64,000 nucleotides of DNA, taken from NCBI GenBank assembly GCA_043228905.1, contig JBHGNT010000018.1, positions 11,718,001 to 11,782,000 of the forward strand, written 5' to 3'. Positions 10,766-25,593 of the stretch are shown here, one piece after another (positions within the stretch are counted from its first letter, which is position 1; every line of letters starts with the position of its first letter). The translations under genes were made by a program, and so were the position numbers. The DNA comes from Azolla caroliniana. Taxonomy: Eukaryota > Plantae > Polypodiophyta. The notes below the pieces were generated by a model. That model was not told the DNA's origin. It saw only the letters and a program-made list of their open reading frames with translations, and did not search any database.

Positions 10766-13700
10766 ATTGAAAAACCAAGGGTATCATAAATGAAATCTAA
10801 GGATTGTAGATGCATAACATAAAAGTCAAGCTTCTCCATATAGGTGTCTATATGAATTAGCAATTGGCAAACAACACCATTGATGCATTGTGTCAACGCC
10901 GTAGCCAAAGACAAGTTTAAAATGAAGAAGAGAATAAGAAGTGGAAAATAAGAGAGGAATGAGAGAGAAATAAGAAGATGTTGACAATGTATTAGCAATG
11001 AGAACAAGGGTTATAAGAGTAAGACTGGCGTTGAACCGGAATGGTTCATCAATACTTAAAGTACATGTTTATATACCATATTTGGATATATGCATGCTCG
11101 CCACCTCATAGGCATGCATGATCGCCACTTGACATTCATGCATTAGCCTATGCGGTGACAACATTTCATAACATTATATATGTTCTTATCGATCTAATCT
11201 AAGATATATACTTAATATATGTAATATAATGTATCCTAGTGGTTGAAGTTGCACATCCTCTTTGAGGAGGTCATGGGTTTGTATCTTTATTACGAGTCTT
11301 GGAGTTTTGGTATATGTTCATAACATTATCCCTTTCTTTTGATGACAAATTCCACAAGTCGCAATGCACGAACTAGAACTTGGCTTATTTGGATATCATT
11401 GATGAATTTCAGCTACAAGTTCTTTGGTATTATTGAGATTTTCAATTGGCTCCCATGTTCGATCTGCAAGTGTATAACCCAACCAATCAATGAAATAATA
11501 CAATTTGTTGTTCACAACTTTGGAGTCCAATATGGATTTCACTTCATAGTCGAGGCCTTCATCAAGCTCAATTGGACGTGGAGTTGGAACAACACGACCT
11601 AGAACAGAATTTGAAGCATAAGGTTCCAAGAGTGAGACATGGAACACTGGATGAAGACGCATATGAGGAAGGAGATCGAGATGAAAAGCAACTTCATTGA
11701 TCTATTTAGTGATTAAACTTGTTACATACAAGTCCTAGTGGTCTTCTCATTACGTCGTAAGAGTCATACACGATTTCCAGCTTGAAATTTGGTTCGTTCT
11801 AGTGATTAGTCAAGTCAATGGCAATCTACAAATTTCTTATGGGTGGCTTGAGCATTGTGTAAATGATGAGAAAGAGCAATATGAATTTCCTGGATTCAAC
11901 GTAGTCGATCCTCTACAACAGGGTTTTTCAAGATTTTTGGGTGGTCAAGCATTGTCCAAGGGGATAAACACCCGTGTTAGCAAAGAAGGGAGTAAGTTTG
12001 GTAGAAGAATGAACTAAATTATTGTAAGAAAAGTCCACAAAATGAAAATAGTCCACCCAATCATCCTGTTGATAATTGATGAAGCAACGAAGGTTTGATT
12101 GGTACGTTCGGTTTAACCATCAATCTTTGGATGATAGCTTGAAGAGAGTTTACAATCAATTTGGAGGAGACCAAGCAAGTGTTTCCAAAATGTCGAGATA
12201 AATTGTGGGCCTCAATCACTAATGATATCATTAGGTAGACCATGATGCCCAAACACTTCACGCATAACCAAATCTGCCAGGTCTCTTGACTATTAATAGT
12301 CTTTGTGCATGATAGAAAATGTGTCATCTTAGGGAACCGATCTACAACATTAAGGATGAAATCAAAATCTTTGGATGATGGAAGAAATGAAATCCATAGA
12401 TACAGACTTCCAAGGACCATCAATAACTTGTAAGTGTTGGAGTAAACCATATGGTTGATACTGAGGACACTTGGACCGACAACATGCATCACAACTATGA
12501 ATGTCGTCCTCAACATAATTACAAAGATGTGGACACCAATAATTTCTAGAAACTAATTCCAAAGTTTTGTGAACTCCAAAATGTCCAGCCATTGGCATCT
12601 TATGGCAGTGTTGTAAAATAAGGAGTTGAGAATGACCATCAGGGACATAAAGTAAATTATTTCGAAAAAGTAAATTACCATGCCAACTGAACTTATTATA
12701 ATCTTTACGACAATTCATGAGCCTTGAACAAGAAGCACGAACTAGAATGATATGATTCAAGACATCTTGTGCAAATTCATCTGCTTCAAGATCAGTACGA
12801 ATCATACTAATAAGTATTGAGTTCGTGAGTGTCTTAAAAGCCTTAATGGCCATCACTTGTAAATGATCAAGACCAAGGAGGATTTGCTTTTGATGATCAC
12901 TTGGCATTGAACTAGAATGGTTCAACAATACTTAGTTACATGTTTATATAGCATGCTTTGGATATATGCATGCTCGCCACCTCATAGGCACGCATGATCG
13001 CCACTTGGCATTCATGCATTAGCCTATGCAGTGGTGACATTTCATAATATTATATATGTTCTTATTGATCTAATCTAAGAATTTATAATTAATATATGTA
13101 ATCTGTGAAATGTTACATGCAGAAGCTATATAAAACACAGAATACCAACAGGGAAAAACAGGTTTAATAGAGAGCTTTAGACAGGATGTACACGAGAGAG
13201 ACATAGAGGGAATTAACACACAGAAAAACTAAATTCGAATAATGTGTAAACTCTGTACATAGATGTGCTCAGAGAGCACTTTTATACAAGTCCAAACGGA
13301 CTGACAGAAGTACTGACACGCACTTCAATGCTCATAACTGAGCTCCTACACTAACTCCCAAGTATATTCCCTCGTAGAATATCTGTTCAACGGCCTCCTG
13401 GTTTCCGCACCGATCCGGCCTCTTGTTCCACACCAGTTTGTGCATTGATTTACGCACTGATCCGTCAATGTTGAGCTTGTATCTCAACAATCCCCCTCAA
13501 GCTCAACTTGAGGCTCTTCTATTCCTTCGCTCCGGTTTCTCTTGACTTCACACCTCGCTCACGCTCCTCGACTCGTTCGATTCCGCACACCTCGACCCTT
13601 ACGGTCAACTTGTCTGCTCGTGCGCCCTTTTCCAGCTCCCTTGTTGTCACGGTGTTGGAGCCTCTTCTGCTTCCCTTTCTTCCGCTTGGCCTTCAGTCGA

Positions 13701-14713
13701 TTTGGCGTCTCCAAATGAAACATCCGAGCCGAATCGGCTGCTTCCGATTCATCTACACTTTTGTCCGAATTGGTTGTCTCCAATTCGTCCTCAATCTTGG
13801 CCTTCTCGCCCTTGTTGGCTTCATTTCCCCCATGCTTGGCTAGCTTAGGCTCTTTCTTTCGGTTGCTGCCCTCTCGTCCGCTTCTGGACTCTTCCGCAGA
13901 TCCGCCTTCGGCTTCTTCAGCCGACACTAAATCGAATTCATCATCCGTTTTGGTGTCGCGGCCACTTCCGCTCCTTTCCCACTCCTTTCCATGGTCATGC
14001 GGGACTTTTCTCCCCCTCAAGTTCGGCATGTCGGGTTCCACAACCCAAGCGCACCCGAGAATTGTTGCAACTTGTCTAGACCAAGGGGCTTGGTGAAGAT
14101 GTCGGCGTTCTGCCGATCCATCAAAACATACTAAAGTTCGACTTCACCATAGAGGACACACTCGCGGACAAAGTGGTAGTGCAACTCAATGTGCTTAGTC
14201 CCGGCGTGGCAGACAAGTTCTTCGCAAGTTGGATGTTGCTGAGGTTGTCGCAATAGATCGTTGTCGGACCAGACACCTCCACCTGTAGATCCTTAAGTAG
14301 CTGCTTCAGCCATATGGCTTCGCATGTTGCGACAGCCGCTCCTAGATACTCAGCCTCTGTGCTCGATAGTGCAACTGTCGACTACTTCTTGCTACTCCAC
14401 GCGATCGCGGCGCTCCCAAGGGAGAACGCAAATCCGGATGTGGATCGGCGATCGTCGGCGTTTCCGGCCCAGTCGGCATCCGTATAGCCAACTAGTTGTG
14501 CGGCAATACCGGTCCTTAGTGCCACTGACGTAGCTGAGTACGCATTGTGCGCACTGAAGGTGCTCCTCAGTTGGCCACACCATGTACTGACTAATCAAGT
14601 CGTCCGGGTAACTGAGGTTTGGACGGGTGATAGTCAAGTATATGAGGTTTTTGACAATCTATCAGAACCTTTTCGGGTTGCAGACCTTTCCGGAGTCGGG
14701 CGAAGCTTCACGG

Positions 14714-16170
14714 TGTTGTGTGATTCTTCACACACTATGTAAAAAAATAATGAAATAATTATTTTAGATTAGATTAGTGGCTTGATATGGAAAGATAGAT
14801 GTCTTCAAGAGCTTCATAATGCATTTTACTACACATGAAACGGATAAATAAGTATTAAGTTATGTGAATATGAAGTTGAAAGGATAAGGAAAATAGAATT
14901 GTGAAATATCCCACATAGATAAGAAACTTTAGGATCCATCTATATAAGCAAATTGAGAACTACTAGTTTTCATCTAAGTGTTGAGAGCACAAAAGGAATG
15001 GTTGGACTTGGACCAATTTGTCTACATGGACAAATGTGGCTAAGGAAATCGGAAATTAGAAACTGGATGCAGCCGGCAACCAGATAGAACCGACAACAAA
15101 ACTGGGAATCAAAAACTAGATGAAGTCGGCAACGGGACACCAGAAATTGGAAACCAGATGGAGCCGATGACGAAATTGGGCAATCGGCAACTGGACAGAA
15201 CTAGCAACTGGACGGCAACGGACTGGAAACCGGACGATGCTCGCAACGAAGTTGAGAATCGGAACCGGCGACCGGCGACCAATCGGATGGAGCCGGCAAC
15301 TGGCAACCAGCAAACGGACGGCGACGGACTGGAAACCGGACGAAGCCGACGACGAAGTTGGGAACCGAAACCGGATGACGACGGAATCGGCAACCGGCGG
15401 CAATCGGATGGAGCCAGCAATCGGCAACCGATGGTGACAGAATGGAAACCAGACACGGACCGAACGGATCGAATGGGCGATGGTCGAGATGCACGGATGA
15501 TAGGATCATGCGGCGAATTAATGTAAAATAAAGTAAAGGTCATGTGAAAGGCATGCAAAGAAAAGAGGGAGGCCATGCATGAAGTAAAGGTCATGTGGAA
15601 GGCATGCAACTAAAGGTAAAGGCCATGCAACTAAAAGTAAAGGCGAACCAACTAAAAAAGAAGGCCATGCAACTAAAAGTAAAGGCGAAGCAACTAAAAC
15701 AGGAGGCCATGCAACTAAAAATAAAGGCTAAGCAACTAAAAATGGAGGCCATGCAACAAATAGGGGACGCATGCAAAGGAACATGGGAGGCGATGATCAA
15801 GAGGGAACTCGATATATGTACCACTTTTTTTCTCTAGTTTCTTCTTCTTCTTTTTGGCCCATTCTCTTCTTCTCTCTCCCATTCCTTGGTGAAGAATAAT
15901 CTCTCATATTCATATCGGACCACTCCTTACATGGTTGTTGGCTCCTTTCTTCCAAGAGTGATCTCTCATTTTCATATCCAATCTGTTGTAACATGATTCT
16001 AGAATTATAAAGACTCTATTTTCTTTTGCAATAAACAAACATTTTCTCCCTCCTACTTGGCTTATGTTCAAATATTGCTTGTGTTGTAGAGGTGTGCACT
16101 AATTCCTTCTAGACCATAACCCCGGCGGTTCCGCCTGACGATCCGCTCATAGTGATAGATTATCACGACA
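14714..16170. mobile_element. Solo LTR (1457 bp) inserted in copia A RT
   Basis: Termini TGTTGTG..CACGACA with 4-bp TSD ACGG (14710-14713 and 16171-16174). Removing it restores RT sequence as seen in the other copies. Confidence 0.8.
15599..15760. repeat. About 8 x 21-bp tandem repeat inside the solo LTR
   Basis: Units such as AAGGCCATGCAACTAAAAGTA alternate with AAGGCGAAGCAACTAAAACAG. Confidence 0.9.
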
Positions 16171-19100
16171 ACGGTTCTGTCTAGAGGAGTTGAGACGGAC
16201 TTACAGTCTGCCATCCCGAACTTGAAGAGCATACTCAACACGTAATGCCATTGGCTTATCAGTATGCCTTCGGGGGTTCGGATCACTTCAATCCCGAGAA
16301 AGTAATGAAGGTCCCCCAGGTCCTTCATATCAAATGATGTCGCAAGCTAGAGCTTTACGCAGTCAATTTCACCTAAGTCGATGCCGGCGATGACCAAGTC
16401 ATCAACATAAAGTAAAATACTAACCAGCCCAAGTCGACCTTGCCGGACGAACAATGAAGAGTCCGATTTGGACGTCGCAAATCCCATCCGACACAATCGA
16501 TGTGTGATCTTCGCATTCGAGGCACGCGGGGCTTGCTTTAGTCCGTAAAGGGACTTCTTCAACCGGCATACCGCCGAAGTGTTCGTTCCGGAGTGAAATC
16601 CGAGGGTTTGTACCATGTACGCATTCTTTACATCCGTCAGATGTAAGTACCACCCCTTCGCTGCAGCTACCGCAAGCAAAACACGGATTGTCGTCATCTT
16701 TGTGACCGGCGCAAACGTCTCATCGTAATCGATGTCGTGTTGCTGCGCGTAGCCTTTTGCTATTAATCGGGCCTTGTATCGGTTGACCGAGTTGTCGGTG
16801 TTGTACTTGACCTTGTGCACCCACCTACATCCAATCGGCTTTACACCCTTGGGAGCGTCAACTAGGTCCCAGTTTTCATTCTCCGCAAATACGTTCATCT
16901 CTTCCTCCATGGCTGCACGCCAATTTGCGTCCTTTGCCACTTCTACGTAGCTCTCCAGCTCACGCACTTCCACTACATGTGTCATGTACGCATAGTGATG
17001 CGCCATGTACTCGTTGTATCCGAACCGCATAACAGGGTTCTTCTGGCGGGTAGATCGGCATATTTGCTCATTAGCCGATGTTGAGGCCGTTCTGGCCGAC
17101 GCGGGCTTCGCTCTTGAAGGCCCATCATCTCTCTTCTCAAAGTCGGATTCGCATCGATCCGACTCGTCCCTATCCATGCCATACTCTGGCATCTTCTTCT
17201 TTCCCTTTCCTTGCGCATAAGCCGTCTCTTCGGCTTCCTGCGCGGGGAATGCACGGCCGAGTCTCCACTACTCGTCGACTCTTCATCTAACTGGTCAACC
17301 CGACTCAGTCGCTCATTTGTTCCACTTAGCCGTAATGAGATCGCACTCTCTTCAAGAGTTTCGACTTCGCGCTCATCAAGGGGCATCTCAGCCTCGTTGA
17401 CCTCATCTTCAGAACTCGGATTGGAGTTGAGGTCCAGAGTCGGAGGCAAATACCAAGACGTGGACTCATCGAGCACAACATTGCGATTTACGCGAGCTTG
17501 TTTGGTTCGGGGGTTATTACACTTATAACCCTTCTGTTCGTCCAAATAGCTGACCAAGATACAATTCTCGGCTTTCGCGTCCAGCTTCCTCCGCTTCTCC
17601 TTCGGCACATGCACATATGCGATGCTATCGAAAACCCTCATGTGTCATAGATTCGGCCTCCTTCCGAAATATAGCTCATGTGCCGACACTTTTTCTCCGA
17701 TCCGATTCTGGATGTAGATTGCGGTTCGGACTGCTTCGGCCCAATAGAACTTGGGCATGCTCTTTTCTTCCAGCATTTCCCGCACCGCTTCCACAACCAA
17801 CCGACTCTTCCTTTCGGCTACGTCGTTTTGCTCCGGCATATACCTGCAACGGAATTCGCGCCGAATTCCCATTTGTTGCAAATAACTGTTGAATGGGCCA
17901 GAAAAGAACTCTTTCCTACCATTCAACCATGGGCACTTGATCTTCCTCCCTGTTTCCCTTTCGACAAGATTTTTGAGGTTCCGGAAACAGTCGAAAACTT
18001 CACTCTTCTTTTCAATGAGGTAGATCCATGTGTGTCGGGTGTAGTCATCGATGAAGGAGACAAAATATCGACTCCCGCCAAGACTCGCGTTCTGTGTCGG
18101 TCCCCATACATCTGAATGTATCAAGTCGAGCTTATTTCGGCTCTGATTACGCTCATTGGGGAAAGGAAGTCGGTGTTGCTTCCCTTGCTGGCAGGCTTCA
18201 CAAATTTGGGCCTTTCAACCACTCAATTTCGGCAATCTGAACACAACTTGTTTCGATTGCAGGTCCTGAAGCCTTTGGTAGTTGACATGGCCTATCCGCT
18301 TATGCCAGAAGTCGATATCCGACTCGACTTTTTATCCTTTCGTGAACATGGCGGTGCCTACGTCATTGGTGTCGAGGATGAACATCCTCCCATCTCTGAG
18401 CCCTTGCGCAATAACTTGGCCTTCTTCCTCAATGAAGCACCCGAGATGTGCGAACCGAACTTGCATCCCCTGGTCAATGATCTGTCCAGCCAACACCAGA
18501 TTCTTCGTAATTGTTGGGACGTGTAACACGTTCATTAGCTTCCCTTTTTGCCCAACGTGGCTGAGGGGAACTTCACCAACATGTACAATCGGATGCGGAG
18601 TGTTGTCTCCTGTTGCGATTACTCCTTGTTCCGGTTTTTCCAGATATGAGAACCACTCTTTATGGCTCGTCATATGGTTTGACGCTCCGGAGTCAACGTA
18701 CCACACTTCGTCTGATTTCGGGGTGGTCTTCTTCATCGAGTTCGCTTCGTGTCTTGTCACGAAGGTTGCACCCTTTCCGACTTTTTCAGATCCTTCGGTG
18801 TAGTGCGACCGCTACCGATTTCCTTATTCGGTCCATCCGAATCCGGATTCGGTTTTCTCCGAATCGGTGTGCTTCTTCCAGCACTCGCTCTCCTTGTGAC
18901 CTTTCTTGCCACAATACCAACATTCCGCGATGTGTTTCCCTTGTCGGTTCTCGTCGCCTTCTCGACTCCCCCTGCTTCCGGAGGGTCCAGAATTGTTGTC
19001 ATCATCACCACGATGCCTTCTTCCTTGCACTCCGACTCACCTCGTCCTCCACGACCATGGGGCCTACCTCCCTCCCTGTATAGCATCATGTTGTCGGCGT

Positions 19101-19759
19101 CGTACTCATCGACGCACCCGCGTGATTCTCCTCTACAAGGAGCATCGACTACAAGTCAAAAAACGACGGTGTATTCTCCCTTGTAAAAATAGCAGTTCGG
19201 AATGCTCCGAACTTCAACTCCAATCCTCTGAGGCAGATCTTCACCATTTCGCCCTCCTCAATGTTCACATCGATGGAGGCGAGGGAGTTGTAGATATCCT
19301 TTATCTTGGAGGTGTAGTCAACCACCGTCATATCGCGCTGACGCACATTGCTCAACTACTATCGGAGTTGGAGCTTCCTGGTTGTGGTGCTTGCGGCGAA
19401 AATCTTTTTCAGATTTCCCCAAGCATCCTTCAGCATTCTTGCATCTCGAATGTAGTTCAAGAGTTGTTCGTTCACACAGGACACGAAGGAGTAGAGAACT
19501 CTGCTCGTCGACTATTCCCAGGCTAGGAAGTCTCTGTGTGTCGATTCGGGTGATGCATCATTCACTCCATCGACATAGCTCCAGTATCCATGTCCAAGCA
19601 GGTACTAGTGCATCTTGTACGACCAAGATGCGTAGTTACTTCTGTCGAGCTTCTCAGTTGGAAGTGAACTAGCCATACCTCTATCCATTTTTTCCTTTTT
19701 CTTCTTCACCAAAATTAGTTTTTTTTTTGTTTCCAGCTGAAGTCGACTGCAGAGGTTCT

Positions 19760-22700
19760 TGAAAAGAATGGCGTGTGGAAGCAATATAGGAAACCGAACA
19801 ACAGAAAACACAGGTTTAATGGAAGGCTTAGGTTTGCACATTACGCACTAGAGAGACAGAGAGAGAGAACACACAAGAAGTTCAATTCAAAAAATACTAA
19901 CTCTCTATTTTTACATCGTGCTCAATGAGCACCTTTTATACAAGCCCTGACAATGGGCTGACACAAGTACTGACAGTACTTGACTGCTCATAAATGAGCC
20001 TCGACACTTACTCCCAAAACTATTCCTTACTAGGAATATCTCTCTAACGGCCTTTCAGTTTACGCACCGATACGGCCACTCGTTACGCACCGGTTTGCAT
20101 ATCCGTTTTACGCACCGGTCTACGTATCCGTTTTACGCACCGGTCCAGCCTAACCGATTGGTCCCAACCAATCCGGTCCCCGGCTTGTTCAGCCGATCCG
20201 GCCGATGTTGAGCTTGTCTCTCAACACTCCCCCTAGAGCTCAACTTGAGCCTCTTTGGGATCTTTCGGATCACCGCTCCGGTACCTCCTGGCTCCACGCC
20301 TTGCTTGCACTCCTCGGCCTGTTCGATTCCGCGCGCTTTGACCCTTCCGGTCAGCTTGTCTGCTCCCACGTCCCTTCACAGCTCCCTTGTTGTCGTGGTG
20401 TTGGCGCTTCTCTTGCTGCCTTCTTTTCCACTTGGCCCTCGGTTGATTTAGTGTATTTGAATTAAACATCCGAACCGACTCGGCTACCTCCGATCGGTTT
20501 TCGCTCTCGTCCGAGTTGGTTGTCTCCAACTCGTCTTCGGTCTTCTCGCCCTTGACGGCGTCATCTCCCCCATGCTTGGTTGGCTTCGGCTCTTTCTTTC
20601 GGCTGCTCCCCTTATGTCCGCTTTTGGACTCTTCTGTGGATCCGCCCTCGGCTTCTTCAGCCGATCCGAAGTCGAATTCGTCATCCGACTCGGTGTCGCG
20701 TCCTCTTCCACTCCCTTCCTGCTCCCTTGCTCGGTCTTTCGAGACTTTTCTCCCCCTCAAGTTTGGCACGTCGAGGTGACGCAACCCAAGCATACTCGAG
20801 AATTGTTGCAACTTGTCCAGACCAAGGGGCTTGGTGAAGATGTCGGCAGTTAGTCGATCCGTTGGAACATACTGAAGTTCGACTTCACCAGAAAGGACAC
20901 GCTCACAAAAAAAATGGTAGTGCACCTCAATGTGCTTGGTCCGTGCGTGGAAAACAGGGTTCTTCGCAAGCTGGATGCTGCTGAGGTAGTCGCAGTAGAT
21001 CGTCGTCGGATCGGACACCTCCTCTTGCAAGTCCTTAAGTAGCCGCTTCAACCATATGGCTTCGCATGTCGCGACAGCCGCTCCTCGGTACTCAGCTTCG
21101 GTGCTCGACAGTGCAACTGTCGGCTGCTTCTTACTGCTCCACGCTATCGCGGCACTCCCAAGAGAGAACGCGTATCCGGACGTGGATCAGCGATCGGCGG
21201 TGTTGTGAGCCCAATCAACATCGGTGTAGCCGACCAACTACAAGGTTGTATCGGTCCGATATAGCAGTCCCCGGTCCTTAGTGCCACTTACATACTGTAG
21301 TACGCGTTGCGCACACTGAAGGTGCTCCTCGGTAGGTCGCGCCATGAACTGACTAATCACCCCGATCGGATAACTGAGATCGGGTCGGGTGATTGTCAAG
21401 TAGATAAGGCTTCCGACAATTTGTCGGAACCTCGTCGGGTCGCATACCTTTTCGGAATTGGGGCGAAGCTTGATGGTTCTATCCAGAGGAGTCAAGATGG
21501 ACTTAAAGTCGGCAATCCCGAATTTGAAGAGCATACTCAGCACATAATGGCGTTGGCTGATCAATATGCCTTCGGGGGTACGGATCACTTCGCTCCCGAG
21601 GAAGTAATGAAGATCCCCCAGGTCCTTCATCTCGAACGATGCTGCAAGCTAGAGCTTCACGCGGTCGATTTCACCTAGGTCGGCGCCGGTGATGACCAAG
21701 TCATCACTGACCGAACCGAGTCGACCTTTCCGGATGAACAGGGAAGAGTCTAATTTTTTCGTTGCAAAGCCCATCTGACGCAATTGCTACGTGATCTTTG
21801 TGTTCCAAGCACCCGGGGCTTGCTTTAGTCCGTAAAGGGACTTCTTCAATTGGCACACTGCCGACGTGTTCGTTCGGGAGTGAAATCCAGGGGGTTGTAC
21901 CATGTACACCTGTTTTTTAAGCTCACCTTGCAGGAACGCATTCTTTACATCCATCTGATGTAAGTGCCACCCCTTTGCCGCAGCTACTGCGAGCAAAACA
22001 CGGACGGTCATCATCTTCGCGACTGGTGCAAACGTCTCATCGTAGTCGATGTCGTGTTTCTACGGATAGCCTTTTGCCACTAACCAGGCCTTGTATCAGT
22101 TGACCGAGCCGTCGGTGCTGTACTTGACCTTGTACATCCACCTACATCCGATCGGCTTCAAACCGTTCGGTGCGTCAACCAAGTCCTAGGTCTCGTTTTC
22201 CGCCAATGCGTGCATCTCTTACTCCATCGCGGCACGCCAATTCGCATCCTTAGCCGCTTCTGCGTAGCTCTCCAGCTCACGCACTTCCGCTACACGGGTC
22301 ATGTACGCATAATGATGCGCCATGTACTCGTTGTATCCGAACCGCACAACTGGGTTCTTCTGGCGGGTAGATCGGCGTATTCGGTCATTAGCCGATGTCG
22401 AGGTCTTCTCGGCCGATGCGGACTTCGCCCTTGAAGACCCGTCACCGCTTCCCTCGGACTCGGACTCGCATCGGTCGGACTCGCGTCGGTCGGACTCGTG
22501 TCGGTCTGACTCGTTCCTATCCGTGCCGGAATCCGACACCTTCTTCTTCCCTTTCTCTTTGTGTGTAGGCTGTCTCCTCGGCTTCCTGCGCGGGGAATGC
22601 ACGGCCAAGTCTCCACTACTCGCCGGCTCTTCATCAGACTGGTCGAACTGACTCACTCGTCCATTCGGTCCACTTAACCGAAACGAAATCGGACTCTCTT

Positions 22701-25593
22701 CGCGGGTTCCGATTTCAGGCTCATTCGGAGGCATCTCAATCTCGCTGACCTCATCGTCAGAGCTTGGATTGGAGTTGAGATCCGTAGTCAGAGGCATGTA
22801 CCAAAACGCGGACTCATCAAACACAACGTCGCGGCTCGCGCACGCTTGTTTGGTGCGCGGGTTATAACACTTATAACCCTTCTGCTCATCCGAGTAACTG
22901 ACCAAGATACATTTCTCGGCCTTTGCATCCAGCTTCCTCCGTTTCTCCTTCGGCACATGCACATACGCAATGCTACCGAAAACTTGTAAGTGTTGCAAGT
23001 TCGGCTTCGTTTCGAAATATAGCTCGTGCACCGACACTTTGTCTCCGCCGTCCTTACCGCCTCGGCCCAGTAGAACTTGGGCAAGCTCTTCTCCTCCAGC
23101 ATTGCCCGTGCCGCTTCCACAACTGACCGATTTTTCCTCTCGGCCACGCCGTTTTGCTCCGGCGTGTATCTACAACTGAATTCACGTCGAATTCCCGTCT
23201 GTTGTAGATAATCGTTGAATTGACCGGAAAAGTATTCTTTTCCGCCATCCGACCGCAGGCACCTAATCTTTCTTCCTATTTCCGTTTCCACGAACCCTTT
23301 GAGGTCCCGAAAACAGTCGAAGACTTCGCTCTTCCTCTCAATGAGGTAGATCCACGTGTGCCGCATGCGTGTAGTCGTCGATGAAGGAGACGAAATATCG
23401 GCTCCCGCCAAGACTAACGTTTTGTGTCGGCCCCCGCACATCGGAGTGTATCAAGTTGAGCTTGTTCCGGCTCCGGTTACGCTAGTTGGGGAAGGGAAGT
23501 CATTGTTGCTTCCCAAGCTGGCAGGCTTCACAAATTTGTGCCTTCCGGCCACTAAATTTGGGCAATCCGAACACCACTTGTTTCGATTGCAAGTCTTGAA
23601 GCCGCTAGTAGTTGACGTGGCCTATCCGCTTGTGCCATAAGTCGATGTCCGACTCGACTTTTTGTGCCTTCGTGAACATTGCGGTGCCACCGTCAGTAGA
23701 GTCGAGGATGAACATCCTCCCATCTCTACGCCCTTGCGCAATAACACGGCCTTCTTCCTCAATGAAGCACCCGCGGTGTGTAAACCGGACCTCCATCCCT
23801 TGGTCGACGATCTGGCCGACCGACACCAAGTTCTTCGTGATTATCGGAACGTGTAGTAGCACGTTCATGAGTTTCCCTTTCTGCCCGACATGGCTCAGGG
23901 GAACTTCTCCGACATTCGCGATCAGATGCGGAGTGTCGTCTCCGGTTGTGACTACTCCCGGTTGCATCGGTTTTTCTAGGTACAAGAACCACTTCTTATG
24001 GCTCGTCATGTGATTTGACGCGCCGGAGTCGACATACCACACCTCATCCGATTTCGGGGTGGTCTGCTTCATTGCTTCATTGAGTTTGCTTCGTGTCTCG
24101 TCACGAAGGCAGACCCTTTTCCGGCTTTTCCGGATCCTTCGGCGTAGTGCAATAGCTGCCGGTTTCCTTTGTCGGTATGTCCGGAACCGGTCCTCTCCGA
24201 CTCGACGTGCTTTTTCCAGCACTTGCTCTCCTTGTGGCCTTTCTTGCCACAGTACCAACATTCTGTGGCGGGTTTCCCTTGCTGGTTCTCATCGCCTCGA
24301 TTCCCCCTGTTTCCGGAGGGTCCGGAATTGTTGTCGGCATCATTTTGGTGCCTCCTTCCTTGATCTCGTTGGACGCCTCCATTGCGCACCGACTCGCCTC
24401 GTCCTCCACGTCCACGGGGCCTATCTCCCTCCGTGTACAGCATCTTGTTGTCAGTGTGTGTGCTCGTTGACGCACCCGCGTGGTTCTCCTCTACCAGGAG
24501 CATCGACTGTAAGTCGAAAAAGGACAATGTATTCTCCCGGGTACACACTGCAGTTCGGAACGCCTCTAACTTCAACGCCAAACCCCCGAGACAGATCTGG
24601 ACCATCTCGCTTTCCTCGATGTTCACATCGATGGAAGGTAAGGAGTCATATGTGTCCTTGATCTTCGAGGTATAGTCAGCCACTGGCAAATCGTGTTGTC
24701 GTAGGTTGCTCAACTCCTATCAGAGCTGAAGCTTCCTGGCTGTGGTGCTCGCGATGAAGATCTTCTTTAGATTTTCCCACGCACCCTTCGGCGTTTTTGC
24801 ATCCCGAACGTAGCTTAATAGTTGTTCGCCCACACAAGACGCGAAACAGTACAGCACTCTGCTCGCCGATTGTTCCCACGCCGGGAAGTCTTTGTGTGTT
24901 GATTCGGGTGCCGCGTCATTCGCTCCTTCGACATAGCTCTAGTAATCGTGCCCAAGCAGGTACTGGTGCATCTTGTAGGACCAAGATGCGTAGTTGGTTC
25001 TGTCGAGCTTCTCCGTCGGAAGCGAACTAGCCATTCCTCTGTCCATCGGTTTACTTGTTCTTCTTCGTTGGTTTTTACTTCAAGCAAAGTCAACTATAGA
25101 GGTTCTCAACCCTCACGCTCTGATACCATGAAAAGAATGGCGTGCAGAAGCAATACAGGAAACCAAACAACAGAAAACGCAGGTTTAATGGAAGGCTTAG
25201 GTTTGCACGGTATGCACTAGAGAGACAAAGAGAGAACACACAAGAAGTTCAATTCAAAAAATACTAACTCTCTATTTTTACATCGTGCTCAATGAGCACC
25301 TTTTATACAAGCCCTGACAATGGGCTGACACAAGTACTGACAGTACTTGACTGCTCATAAATGAGCCTCGACACTTACTCCCAAAACTATTCCTTACTAG
25401 GAATATCTCTCTAACGGCCTTTCGGTTTAAGCACCGATACGACCACTCATTACACACCGGTTTGCGTATCCGTTTTACGCACCGGTCTGCGTATCCGTTT
25501 TACGCACCAGTCCGGCCTAACCGATTGGTCCCAACCGATCTGGTCCTCGGCTTGTTCAACCGATCTGGCCGATGTTGAGCTTGTCTCTCAAAA
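19760..25593 (-). mobile_element. Copia element B (LTRs 19760-20226 and 25129-25593) nested in copia A
   Basis: TSD GTTCT (19755-19759 and 25594-25598). PBS TGGTATCAGAGC at 25128-25117. Full domain set with stops and indels. Confidence 0.93.

Noticed and set aside
15595-15837. Heptad-repeat ORF (KAMQLKV)n resembling a coiled coil
   Set aside because: By-product of 21-bp DNA repeats in a solo LTR; non-ATG start, and the opposite strand is open too.
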